This document shows positions 32,247 to 40,386 of a DNA stretch of 64,000 nt, piece by piece. Numbering within the stretch: position 1 is the stretch's first letter; each line of letters opens with the position of its first letter. Below the pieces are notes generated by a model. That model searched no databases. It had not been told where the DNA came from and saw only the letters and a list, made by a program, of their open reading frames with translations. The position numbers and the translations under genes are program-made. The DNA comes from an uncultured Chloroflexia bacterium (GTDB lineage Bacteria > Chloroflexota > Limnocylindria > Limnocylindrales > CSP1-4): positions 7,588 through 71,587 of the forward strand of contig CAVVDC010000002.1 in the NCBI GenBank assembly GCA_963746855.1, given 5' to 3'.

Positions 32247-32276
32247 ACGGTACGGGCGGTTCCCAGAGACTGTCAA
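32247..32276 (-). promoter_or_regulatory. candidate sigma70-type promoter for flp copy 2
   Basis: The minus strand reads TTGACA-18 nt-TACCGT, about 60 nt upstream of the ATG. Confidence 0.4.
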
Positions 32277-32314
32277 GGCGCCAGACGCGGGTTGCATGGC
32301 CGTCCTGCAAAACG

Positions 32315-32352
32315 AAAGACCGCCGGTCCTCAAGAGGTCCGGCGGTCTTTTT
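32315..32352. terminator. hairpin terminator after flp copy 3 (bidirectional shape)
   Basis: AAAGACCGCCGGTCC-TCAAGA-GGTCCGGCGGTCTTTTT. On the minus strand the stem is followed by TTTCGTTTT. Confidence 0.6.
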
Positions 32353-32372
32353 CGATCACTGAGGACCGACGA

Positions 32373-32543
32373 CTAGATCGAGTCGCCGACCGTGCTCAGG
32401 ATGGTGCTGACCTGGCCGCCCAGGAAGATCAGAGCGACGATCGCGACGATCGCGATGAGGGCGAGGATCAACGCATACTCGGCGAGACCCTGGCCTTCCT
32501 CGTCCCGGCGAAGGGAAGCGAGGAACGAAGTGAAGAGCGCCAT
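32373..32543 (-). CDS. flp: Flp-family type IVb pilin (copy 3)
   Basis: 56 aa from ATG 32543 (MALFTSFLASLRRDEEGQGLAEYALILALIAIVAIVALIFLG...), with AGGAGG upstream. About 85% nucleotide identity to copy 2 by eye. Confidence 0.9.
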   Translation of the reverse strand: MALFTSFLASLRRDEEGQGLAEYALILALIAIVAIVALIFLGGQVSTILSTVGDSI

Positions 32544-32711
32544 GTGGCAGCCTCCTGGATGAGTACTCACCCCCGAAATCTGAGGGCTGCGCCACTATAT
32601 GGAGAGGTGCTCCAGGAAAGCACTAGCACGATGGTACCGAACGTGCCCGGACTTACCGGAGGGCCGCTGTTGCCCCCGCGCCACGTTCGTGCGGGGTTCG
32701 CTGCAAAGCCG

Positions 32712-32879
32712 TCAAGTACCCCCCGTCGCGGCGTCGATCGCCTCCCCGATGCGTGCGAGCACATCGGCCACCGTTCCGCCGAAAACGCCCAGGATCACGA
32801 TCGTGAAAAGGACGGTCAGGACGAGGATCAGGCCGTACTCGACCAGCCCCTGTCCGCGGACGCCGGCCAGTCGGCCCAC
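32712..32879 (-). CDS. divergent fourth Flp-type pilin, absent from the ORF track because it is under 60 aa and starts with GTG
   Basis: My translation of the minus strand gives VGRLAGVRGQGLVEYGLILVLTVLFTIVILGVFGGTVADVLARIGEAIDAATGGT*. It has the G/QGLVEY Flp motif and a hydrophobic core. The start codon lies 1 nt after the stop of the upstream kinase-like gene. Confidence 0.7.
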   Translation of the reverse strand: MGRLAGVRGQGLVEYGLILVLTVLFTIVILGVFGGTVADVLARIGEAIDAATGGT

Positions 32880-32880
32880 A

Positions 32881-34146
32881 TCATCGCTCCGCTGGGACCG
32901 GCGCTTCCGCGACCAGGTGCAGCTCGGATCCGTCGTCGGACAGGTCGGCGAGGATGCCGAGCGTGGCCGCGCGGCTCTGGATCTCCTGCCAGATCGGGAC
33001 GGGCAAGGCGACGATCGCGTCGCGTCGCGCCGATTCGGCGGCGTCGCGGGCGTCGGCCCGGCGGTCCTCCATCATCGCCGCGAGCGCCGGCGGGAGATCC
33101 GCGCCGGTCGGGACGGCTGCCTCGGCGGCCTCGGGCGCCGGCTTGGCCTCGCTCTCGCTGGTCCGTTCGGCATGTACCCGGGCCTCGACCTGGTCGGACC
33201 AGTCGAGGCGCATCGAGATGCGGGTCGGCGATCGCTCGAGATACCCGACGAGGGCCTCGTCGAGCATGCGGAACAGCCCGCTCTCGAGGTCCATCGGGAG
33301 CCGGCGGTCCTGGCCCATCGAGTCGAAGTCGACGGCGACCCCGGCCTTGCGCCCGCGCTCGCGCGCGGATCGCCGGAGCGTCGGGACCAGGCCGAGGTCA
33401 TCGAGGACCATGGGTCGCACGTCGAAGATGAACGTCTTAGTAGCCTCGAGCGTCCGTTGGACCATGCCGATCAGCTGATGGACCTCGCCGAGCGCCGCGG
33501 CCGGGTCCTTGGCCACGAGCCGCTCGACGATCTGCGCCTGGAGGATGATGTTCGTCAGGCTCTGGGCGGGCCCGTCATGCATCGCCCGCGCGATCTCGCG
33601 TCGCAGGTCCTCCTGGCCGGTGAGCACGAGGCGGGAGACGGCCGGGGCCATCGTCTCGCCGTCGGACGCCGCCACCTTCCGTCCCGCCCTGGCTGCGCCC
33701 TGGGGCGACCCCACCGGCGTCGATGGGTCCATCGCCGCGACCGCATCGGCGTACAGCGCCATCGCCTCGCGATGCCGGGCCAGGGCGCGACGCTTGCCCT
33801 CGAGGACGTCGACCTGCGACTCCATCAGCGCGGCCCGCTTGGTGAGGGACGTCAGCTGGGCGCTCAGATCGAGGAGCTCGTTGGACTCGCCCTGCCCGGT
33901 GAGGGTCGCGAGCTTCTCGGCTGTGCTGTTCCGGCGGCTTTCGTGTCGCGCGGCCTCCGTGGTGGCCTGCGTCACGAGCAGGTCCACCTCGCCGAGCTCG
34001 CTGTCGAGACGCTCGACCTCCGCCGTCAGGCGAGCCGACAGCTCGGCCAGCGTTCGCGGGGCGGGGACATCTGTGGTCTCTGCCGGCGGAGCCTCGGTCG
34101 CTGGGGCGTCGGCGGTGGTCGGCTCGGTCGTCGACGCGTCGGTCAT
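32881..34146 (-). CDS. soluble HisKA_3-type histidine-kinase paralog with a degenerate ATP-binding domain
   Basis: 421 aa from ATG 34146 (MTDASTTEP...). It has a coiled-coil N-terminus and an intact H-box (AMHDGPAQSL). The N-box and G1-box positions read EALVGYLERS and VHAERTSES, not EALxNxxKHA and DDGxGF. A low-complexity insert follows. Confidence 0.7.
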   Translation of the reverse strand: MTDASTTEPTTADAPATEAPPAETTDVPAPRTLAELSARLTAEVERLDSELGEVDLLVTQATTEAARHESRRNSTAEKLATLTGQGESNELLDLSAQLTSLTKRAALMESQVDVLEGKRRALARHREAMALYADAVAAMDPSTPVGSPQGAARAGRKVAASDGETMAPAVSRLVLTGQEDLRREIARAMHDGPAQSLTNIILQAQIVERLVAKDPAAALGEVHQLIGMVQRTLEATKTFIFDVRPMVLDDLGLVPTLRRSARERGRKAGVAVDFDSMGQDRRLPMDLESGLFRMLDEALVGYLERSPTRISMRLDWSDQVEARVHAERTSESEAKPAPEAAEAAVPTGADLPPALAAMMEDRRADARDAAESARRDAIVALPVPIWQEIQSRAATLGILADLSDDGSELHLVAEAPVPAER

Positions 34147-34187
34147 GGGCGTTCGCGGGTCGCGTGCGTCGCTGGGGTCGTGATCGG

Positions 34188-34934
34188 TCAGTCCTCCGGC
34201 ATCCGGATCCAGCCCTGGCGCATCGCGTAGACGACCGCCTGGGTCCGGTCGTTGACGGACAGCTTGCGCAGGATGGAGCTCATGTGATTCTTGACCGTTT
34301 GCTCGCTGATCGACAAGGCATAGGCGACCTGCTTGTTGGTCATGCCCTGCGCGATATTGTCGAGGATCTCGACCTCGCGCGGTGAGAGCGGCGCAAAGAT
34401 CGGGGCGGCCTCCTGGCCGTAGACCGCCAGCTCGCGGAACTCCTTGAGGACGCGTGAGGCGACGGCCGGCTTCGCGAAGACCTTGTCGTTGATGAGGTAC
34501 TCGCCGGCGACCACCCGACGGATGATCGTGACGAGGTCGTCGGGCCCCACGTCCTTCAGGATGAAGGCCGCGGCACCGGCCTTGATCGCATCGAACAGGG
34601 CGTCCTCGTCCTCGCTGACCGCGAGCACGATGATGGCCGTCGAGGGCAGCTCGCGCTTGATGCGCTGGGTCGTCTCGATCCCGCCCGGTGCCGGCAGCGA
34701 GAGGTCCATCAGGACGATATCGGGCGAGGTCTCGATGGCGCGATCGATGGCGCTCCGCGAGTCGTCCGCCTCGGCGACGATGTCCAGGTCGGGCTCCCGA
34801 CTCAGGATGTTGGCGATCCCGACGCGGAAGAGGGCGTGGTCGTCGACGATCAGGATCCGGGTCCGGTCCCCGACGTTCCGCCGATCTGGCCCGCCTCTTC
34901 GGCGCTCGGGCCCGCCGTAGTCGACTGCGCTCAT
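34188..34934 (-). CDS. NarL/LuxR-family response regulator
   Basis: REC domain (RILIVDDHALFR...DIVLMDLSLP) plus a LuxR HTH (LSPREVEILDNIAQGMTNKQVAYALSISEQTVKNHMSSILRKL). Confidence 0.93.
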   Translation of the reverse strand: MSAVDYGGPERRRGGPDRRNVGDRTRILIVDDHALFRVGIANILSREPDLDIVAEADDSRSAIDRAIETSPDIVLMDLSLPAPGGIETTQRIKRELPSTAIIVLAVSEDEDALFDAIKAGAAAFILKDVGPDDLVTIIRRVVAGEYLINDKVFAKPAVASRVLKEFRELAVYGQEAAPIFAPLSPREVEILDNIAQGMTNKQVAYALSISEQTVKNHMSSILRKLSVNDRTQAVVYAMRQGWIRMPED

Positions 34935-36076
34935 CTGCTCTCCCTCTGCTCCGCCATGTCATGGATGGGGATCGACAGTCGAACGACGGTCCCGCCGTCC
35001 GGTCGCGATCGTATGTCCAAGCGAGCCCCGATCAACTCGGCGCGCTCGCGCATGAACTGGAGGCCAAAGTTGCTCCGGCCCCTGGCCGCAACGGCCCCAG
35101 CATCGAAGCCACGGCCATCATCGCGCACCTCAAGGGTCCAGGTATCCCCGTCGAGCGACGTGCTGACGCTCACGTTGCCCGCGGATGCGTGCTTGCGGAC
35201 ATTCTGCAGGGCCTCCTGGGTGACTCGAAGCGCGACGGTTCGCGCGCGATCGTCGAGGGCCGCGCTCGGCGCGGTCAGGTCGGTCGCGATGACCAGCCCC
35301 GTCATCGCGCTCATGTGCTCGATGGTGTCCATGATGGCGCCCTCGAGACCCAGCTCGTCCAGCAGCGGCGGGCGCAGCAGGCTGATGAACGCCCGGAGCG
35401 TGCCCAGCTCGCGGCGCAGCATCTCCCGCAGGGTCGCCAGCTCCGTCGCCGCGGCACGCGCGTCGGTCGGCAGGATGCGCTCGACGTACTCGATCTGGAA
35501 GATGGCGTTGCCGAGCACCTGGGCCGGGCCATCATGGATCTCCTGCGCGAGTCGGGACCGTTCGGCCTCCTGCGCCTGGACGATGCGCATCTGGATGTCG
35601 CCGGACGTCATCGGGCCGTCCGCCTCGGTGACCAGCGAGACGTCGCCGCGTTCCATGAACAGCCATGTCCGCTCGAGCGTGCTCTGGGCAAGCTCCAGCT
35701 TGGCAAGTTCGGACTGGTGGCCGCCCAGCTGCTCGATCAACAGGTCGACCTCCGAGCGCAGGTTGCGCCGCAGGGCATCGTCCGCCCCCACCTCGGCGGC
35801 ACTCGCCGCGAGCTCCTCGGCCGTCGCTCTTGTGGCGGGTTGCCGACTCTTGCGGGTGCCGCGATCGATGCCGTCGAGCTGGTCTCGAAGCATCTGCCAG
35901 CGCGCGAGCGCCTCCCCGTAGGCCTCGCGATAGCGCTCCCGGATGCCGCGCAGCGTGTTGGCGCTGTAGCCAACGGCCGCGCTCGCTTCCGCACGGAGCC
36001 CGTCGAAGCGGTTGTCCCCGGACTGCGTCCCGGCCCGTGCTTCCATCTTCGCCCGAGTATAGGGGTCGCCTTTCAT
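34931..36076 (-). CDS. soluble sensor histidine kinase (HisKA_3 + HATPase_c)
   Basis: H-box EIHDGPAQVL, N-box EALQNVRKHA, G1 box VRDDGRGFD and G2 region GLQFMRERAELIGARLDI. No TM segment. The stop overlaps the regulator start and the start overlaps the upstream GT-C stop, both as ATGA. Confidence 0.88.
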   Translation of the reverse strand: MKGDPYTRAKMEARAGTQSGDNRFDGLRAEASAAVGYSANTLRGIRERYREAYGEALARWQMLRDQLDGIDRGTRKSRQPATRATAEELAASAAEVGADDALRRNLRSEVDLLIEQLGGHQSELAKLELAQSTLERTWLFMERGDVSLVTEADGPMTSGDIQMRIVQAQEAERSRLAQEIHDGPAQVLGNAIFQIEYVERILPTDARAAATELATLREMLRRELGTLRAFISLLRPPLLDELGLEGAIMDTIEHMSAMTGLVIATDLTAPSAALDDRARTVALRVTQEALQNVRKHASAGNVSVSTSLDGDTWTLEVRDDGRGFDAGAVAARGRSNFGLQFMRERAELIGARLDIRSRPDGGTVVRLSIPIHDMAEQRESR

Positions 36077-37692
36077 GGGCAGGCGATCTCGAAGGCCCGA
36101 ACGTCGCCGAGCGGATCGTCTCGACCCGTCGGACCGGGGCCCAGCTCGAGCTCATGGAAGCACTCGACGTCCGGCCCGGGCTGGTCGAGGACGCCCGGCC
36201 AGCCGCCGTGGTCGGCGCCGATGACGATCACGAGCCGTGTGCCCGCGAAGGCCGGATCCGACGCCAGGTCGACGATGTCGCTGGGCTTCTCCGCCGGGAG
36301 GGCCAGCGCTCGGACGCCGTGCGTCTCGGCCAGCCAGATCGGGAAGTTGGTGACGATCGGCCCGCTCGACGCGTCAAGCGGATGCCCGATGGCCGCCATC
36401 CGCGTGGCCAGCTCCTCGTACAGGGTGGCGGTCGCGCGTGAGCCACTGCCGAATGACGGCAGGACCGCGATCGAGAAGAGCAGCGATCCGAAGACCCCGA
36501 GGAGGGCCCCGAGCCAGGCCACCGGCCGCGTCCAGCCAAGCCGCACGCCGAGGCGAGCGATCCCTGCGTCCAGGGCCAGGAGTGCCGACAGGACGAGCAG
36601 GACGTGGACGGGACCCGCAGCGTGCAGGAACGTGCCCCAGGTCGTCGCGACCGGGAAGGCGAGGCTCGTGATGAGGAAGGTCATCAGCCCCAGGAGGACG
36701 ACCGGGCGGACGGCTCGGTCGCGACCCTGCCACGGCAGCGCGGCGAACCCGATGAGCGAGATCGGCACCCCCGGCAGCAGCAGGACGGAGAACAGGTTGT
36801 GGGCCAGACCCTCCACCCGCATCTCGAGGAGCCGGGCAGGCCCGACCGCGAGGTAGCGGGCGAGCGTGGGCGGATCGTTCCAGGCGAAGATGTCGAAGCC
36901 CGTCACGGACAGGGCGTTCGCCGCCGCCTGGCCCGGCAACGGGCTGCCGAAGACCACCCAGTCGCGCCACGCCCACGGCGCGAAGACCAGGAGGGCGACC
37001 GCGCCGACGAGGCCGATCATCCGGACCCGTTCGGTCCGGGTGGACGCGCGTGCCCGCCACGCCACGATGGCCCACGTCAGCCCGATCCAGATCGCCTCGT
37101 TGCGGGTCAGGGCGGCCAGGCCGATGAGCGCTCCGAGGCCGATGACGCGTGGATCGCCCAGGCGGGCACCGCGCGGCTCGCGCGCGATCCGGGTCATCAG
37201 CAGGCAGGCCGCGAGGGCGAGCACGGCGAACGACATCGTCGAGTCCGGCAGGGCCGAATGCAGGAGCAGGGGCAGGTAGAACGCCGTCGTCAGGCCCGTG
37301 CCGAGGGCCAGGGTCCGGGCGCGCCCGGTGGGCAGGCCGCGCTCCTCGGCGACGTCCGCGGCGAGGCGCCAGGCCAGGACCGGCACGACCGCCCCGACGA
37401 CGATCGAGGAGACCTGCGCAGCCTGGAACGTCGAGCCGGCGATGGCCATCGGGATCGCGGCGAGGAACGTCGGCAGCGGCAGCCACACCTCGAACGCGGG
37501 CCGCGGGAAGATGAGCGGCGGTGTCTGGTAGCTCCACAGGGCATCGGACACCAGCCCGCGTCCGTCGAGCAGGTTGCGCGCGACGCCGACGTAATAAGCC
37601 GTGTCTTCCGGCTTGGGGAACACGATCTGCGAGGCGAAGATCGCACGCGTCACCAGCGCCACGACGAAGACGAGCGCGACGGACAGCCACAT
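36073..37692 (-). CDS. ArnT-like GT-C-fold membrane glycosyltransferase
   Basis: Polytopic. The first-loop motif (PEDTAYYVGVARNLLDGRGL...) parallels its upstream paralog. The start is set at ATG 37692 (MWLSVALVF). Confidence 0.7.
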   Translation of the reverse strand: MWLSVALVFVVALVTRAIFASQIVFPKPEDTAYYVGVARNLLDGRGLVSDALWSYQTPPLIFPRPAFEVWLPLPTFLAAIPMAIAGSTFQAAQVSSIVVGAVVPVLAWRLAADVAEERGLPTGRARTLALGTGLTTAFYLPLLLHSALPDSTMSFAVLALAACLLMTRIAREPRGARLGDPRVIGLGALIGLAALTRNEAIWIGLTWAIVAWRARASTRTERVRMIGLVGAVALLVFAPWAWRDWVVFGSPLPGQAAANALSVTGFDIFAWNDPPTLARYLAVGPARLLEMRVEGLAHNLFSVLLLPGVPISLIGFAALPWQGRDRAVRPVVLLGLMTFLITSLAFPVATTWGTFLHAAGPVHVLLVLSALLALDAGIARLGVRLGWTRPVAWLGALLGVFGSLLFSIAVLPSFGSGSRATATLYEELATRMAAIGHPLDASSGPIVTNFPIWLAETHGVRALALPAEKPSDIVDLASDPAFAGTRLVIVIGADHGGWPGVLDQPGPDVECFHELELGPGPTGRDDPLGDVRAFEIACP

Positions 37693-37703
37693 CTCGCGGC
37701 GGG

Positions 37704-39359
37704 TCACGAGGCGCTCCTCGTCGCAGCGCAGCGGTGATCGTCGGGTTCGACGCAGACCGGGTAGACGCCCACGCCGAAGCGCCCGTCGCCGCCGGGGGTG
37801 GCGGTCCGCGGCTCCGTGTAGACGGGCGAGCCGATCCACGCCGGCCGGGTGTCACTGTCGAGGATCGGCCCCGCGACCGTCACGGTGTCACCGGCATCGA
37901 GGACGAGCCAGTGGATGCCATACGCGCGCGCGACCGCCTCGACCGTGTCCAGCGGGTCGTTGACGAGGACCACGCCGCCCCGGCCGGTCCAGAACCGGGT
38001 GCCCGACGCGTCGATGGACATGACTCGGTCGCTCACCGGGGCCCCCACCGCGTCGAGTGCGGCCGCGACTGCGCGGAACCGGTCTGCCCGCTTCGCCCAG
38101 TTGGCGTGGACGACGAGCGTGCCGCCGACGGCACAGACGACCGCGAATACCACCGCCGCGGTCCCGAAGAATCGGGCGCCGGCCTCGGCGTCCCAGGCCG
38201 GGCGCCGGCGGGCGACCCAGGCGACCCCGACTGCGATGCCCTCAAGGGCGAGGATGTAGGAGTGCGGCGCGAGCCCGATCGCAGAATGGATGAACGTGCC
38301 ACCGGGGACGTGGACGGCCGAGACCAGGGCGGAGAACGCGAACAGGAGGCCGGCGAAGGCGAAGAACGGCCCGAAGTCGATCGATCGACGCCGCGCCCAG
38401 CCGCCGACGACCATGAACGGGGCGAGCACGAACCCAGCGACCAGGGTCGCGTAGATCATCACGGCGGCCGCCAGGCCCCCGACCCGACTGGCGATGAGCG
38501 GACCGGCGCCCATGCCCAGGAGGTGCTCCAGGGTGGCCGGCGTCGTGATGCTGTTCCACTCCGAGATGTCACGGATGAACAGGACCTTGCCGGATGCCGT
38601 CGATGGCGAGAGCGACCCGAAGACCGCCAGCTGTCGGGCCCACCATGGCGCCATGACGAGCGCGAAGAGGGCGACACAGGCGACCGCCGCGGCGAATGGG
38701 ATGGCCGGTCGTCGCGCCCCGCGCGAACGCCAGGCTCGCCAGCGATCCCACGCGAAGGCCAGGCCGAGGGCGACCAGGACCAGGAGTCCGTCATTGCGGG
38801 ACAGCGTCGCCAGGCCGGCGAGCAGGCCCGCGCCCGCGAAGGCCCGGCCCGATCCCTTGAGTCCACGGGCGCCGAGCCACAGGGAGCCCGCGACCAGTGG
38901 CTGGTAGAGCGAGAAGTTGTCCGGCTGGACGAGATAGACCGCCGACAGCAACGGGACCGCGACGAGAACACCCGCGCCGGTCTGCACCCAGGAGCGGGCT
39001 CCGGCGTCGCGCGCGATCGCCCAGGTCAAGGGTGCGGCCAGCGAGCCGATCAGGGCGAACGGTGCCGCCGACGCCCAGGCGACATCGCCGAACACGGCGA
39101 GGAACGGCACCTGGACGATGGACGCGAGCGGCATCCAGTGCGCGTTCGACGCGATGGGCAGGACCGGGTCGGCCGGAAGCTTGCCGCCGACCTCGGCGAA
39201 GATCCAGATGAAGTCGACGTTGAAGCCCTGCCCCGCATGGAGTGCCCGCGCGACGTCGACGTAGTAGGACGAATCGGGGTAGGCCGGCTCCGGGAAGTGC
39301 CAGATGAGGACCGCCCGAACGGCCAGGGCGAGCCCGTACAGCAGTAGGGGGATACGCAC
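37704..39359 (-). CDS. ArnT-like GT-C-fold membrane glycosyltransferase
   Basis: 551 aa and polytopic. The N-terminal motif reads YPDSSYYVDVARALHAGQGF. It has a soluble C-terminal domain. Confidence 0.72.
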   Translation of the reverse strand: MRIPLLLYGLALAVRAVLIWHFPEPAYPDSSYYVDVARALHAGQGFNVDFIWIFAEVGGKLPADPVLPIASNAHWMPLASIVQVPFLAVFGDVAWASAAPFALIGSLAAPLTWAIARDAGARSWVQTGAGVLVAVPLLSAVYLVQPDNFSLYQPLVAGSLWLGARGLKGSGRAFAGAGLLAGLATLSRNDGLLVLVALGLAFAWDRWRAWRSRGARRPAIPFAAAVACVALFALVMAPWWARQLAVFGSLSPSTASGKVLFIRDISEWNSITTPATLEHLLGMGAGPLIASRVGGLAAAVMIYATLVAGFVLAPFMVVGGWARRRSIDFGPFFAFAGLLFAFSALVSAVHVPGGTFIHSAIGLAPHSYILALEGIAVGVAWVARRRPAWDAEAGARFFGTAAVVFAVVCAVGGTLVVHANWAKRADRFRAVAAALDAVGAPVSDRVMSIDASGTRFWTGRGGVVLVNDPLDTVEAVARAYGIHWLVLDAGDTVTVAGPILDSDTRPAWIGSPVYTEPRTATPGGDGRFGVGVYPVCVEPDDHRCAATRSAS

Positions 39360-39567
39360 GGCCGGTGCAGCGTAGCACCGGGTTCCGGACTCGCCGACCA
39401 GTACCTTTCGCCTATCCGTGAGGAACGGCCGATGGGGCTGGATGGCAGGCGAATCGCCGCTCGGGACCAGGTCGCCGGCCTCCGACGAAGTGGGTCAGGC
39501 CCACATCCCGACGCGACGGTACGATGGAATGGTGTCCATCGAACGCCGCGGCTGACACGATGCCGGG

Positions 39568-40386
39568 ATGACCCCAGCCCGGGCCGTTCGTGACGGCGCC
39601 ATCGTCGCCGGCCTGCTCTTCACCGCGTATCTCTTCCTCGTCGTCGCGCCATCCGCCGGGACCTTCGGGTTCGACGCGTTCGCCTACTGGGCGGTCGATG
39701 GCAGCAACCCGTACGGGACCGGCGTCGGCGGGCTCGGGGCCTTCAACTACTCCCCACCGATCGCGCGGCTGTTCGACCCGTTCGGGGCGATCTCGTGGCC
39801 GGCGTTCCTGTGGATCTGGACGGCGCTCCTTATTGCGAACCTCGTCTTCCTCGGTCGGCGCGGCGTTCGGACGCTCTGGCTCCTCGCCCTGCCCCCGGTC
39901 GCCCTCGAGCTGTACCACGGCAATATCCATCTGTGGATCGCGGCGGCCATCGTGCTGGGCTTCCGCTACCCGTGGACCTGGGGATTCGTGCTGCTGACGA
40001 AGGTGACCCCGGGGGTCGGGCTCGTATGGTTCGCCGTTCGACGAGAGTGGCTGGCCCTGGCCATCGCGCTTGGGGTCACCGGGGCCATCGTGGGCGTGTC
40101 GGTGGTCGTGGATCGCGACCTGTGGGTCGACTGGATCCAGTTCCTATCCACGACGCCGGAAGGAGGATCCGTCGCCCAGTTCCAGATCGCCATCCCGCTG
40201 CTCATCCGGTTCCCTCTGGCCATCATCCTCGTCGCCTGGGGTGGCCTGACCGACCGGCGCTGGACGGTGCCGCTCGCTGCGACGTTGGCGCTGCCGGTCC
40301 TCTGGGTGAGCGGGTTCGCCATCTGCGCGGCCTGCCTGCCGCTCCTCGGGCGCCCGATCGCGACTCAGCCGGTCGCCGGACCGTGA
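39568..40386 (+). CDS. short GT87/DUF2029-like membrane protein
   Basis: 272 aa. The motif FDAFAYW...NPYG...FNYSPPIARLF and LTKVTPGVGLVWFAVRREW mark it as a paralog of 51357..52214. Confidence 0.6.
   Translation: MTPARAVRDGAIVAGLLFTAYLFLVVAPSAGTFGFDAFAYWAVDGSNPYGTGVGGLGAFNYSPPIARLFDPFGAISWPAFLWIWTALLIANLVFLGRRGVRTLWLLALPPVALELYHGNIHLWIAAAIVLGFRYPWTWGFVLLTKVTPGVGLVWFAVRREWLALAIALGVTGAIVGVSVVVDRDLWVDWIQFLSTTPEGGSVAQFQIAIPLLIRFPLAIILVAWGGLTDRRWTVPLAATLALPVLWVSGFAICAACLPLLGRPIATQPVAGP

Noticed and set aside
32184-34230. Plus-strand ORFs 32184..33431 and 32599..34230 across the flp genes and the kinase-like gene.
   Set aside because: They are antisense to the Flp pilins and the HisKA_3 protein, both of which have clear motifs, RBSs and terminators on the minus strand.
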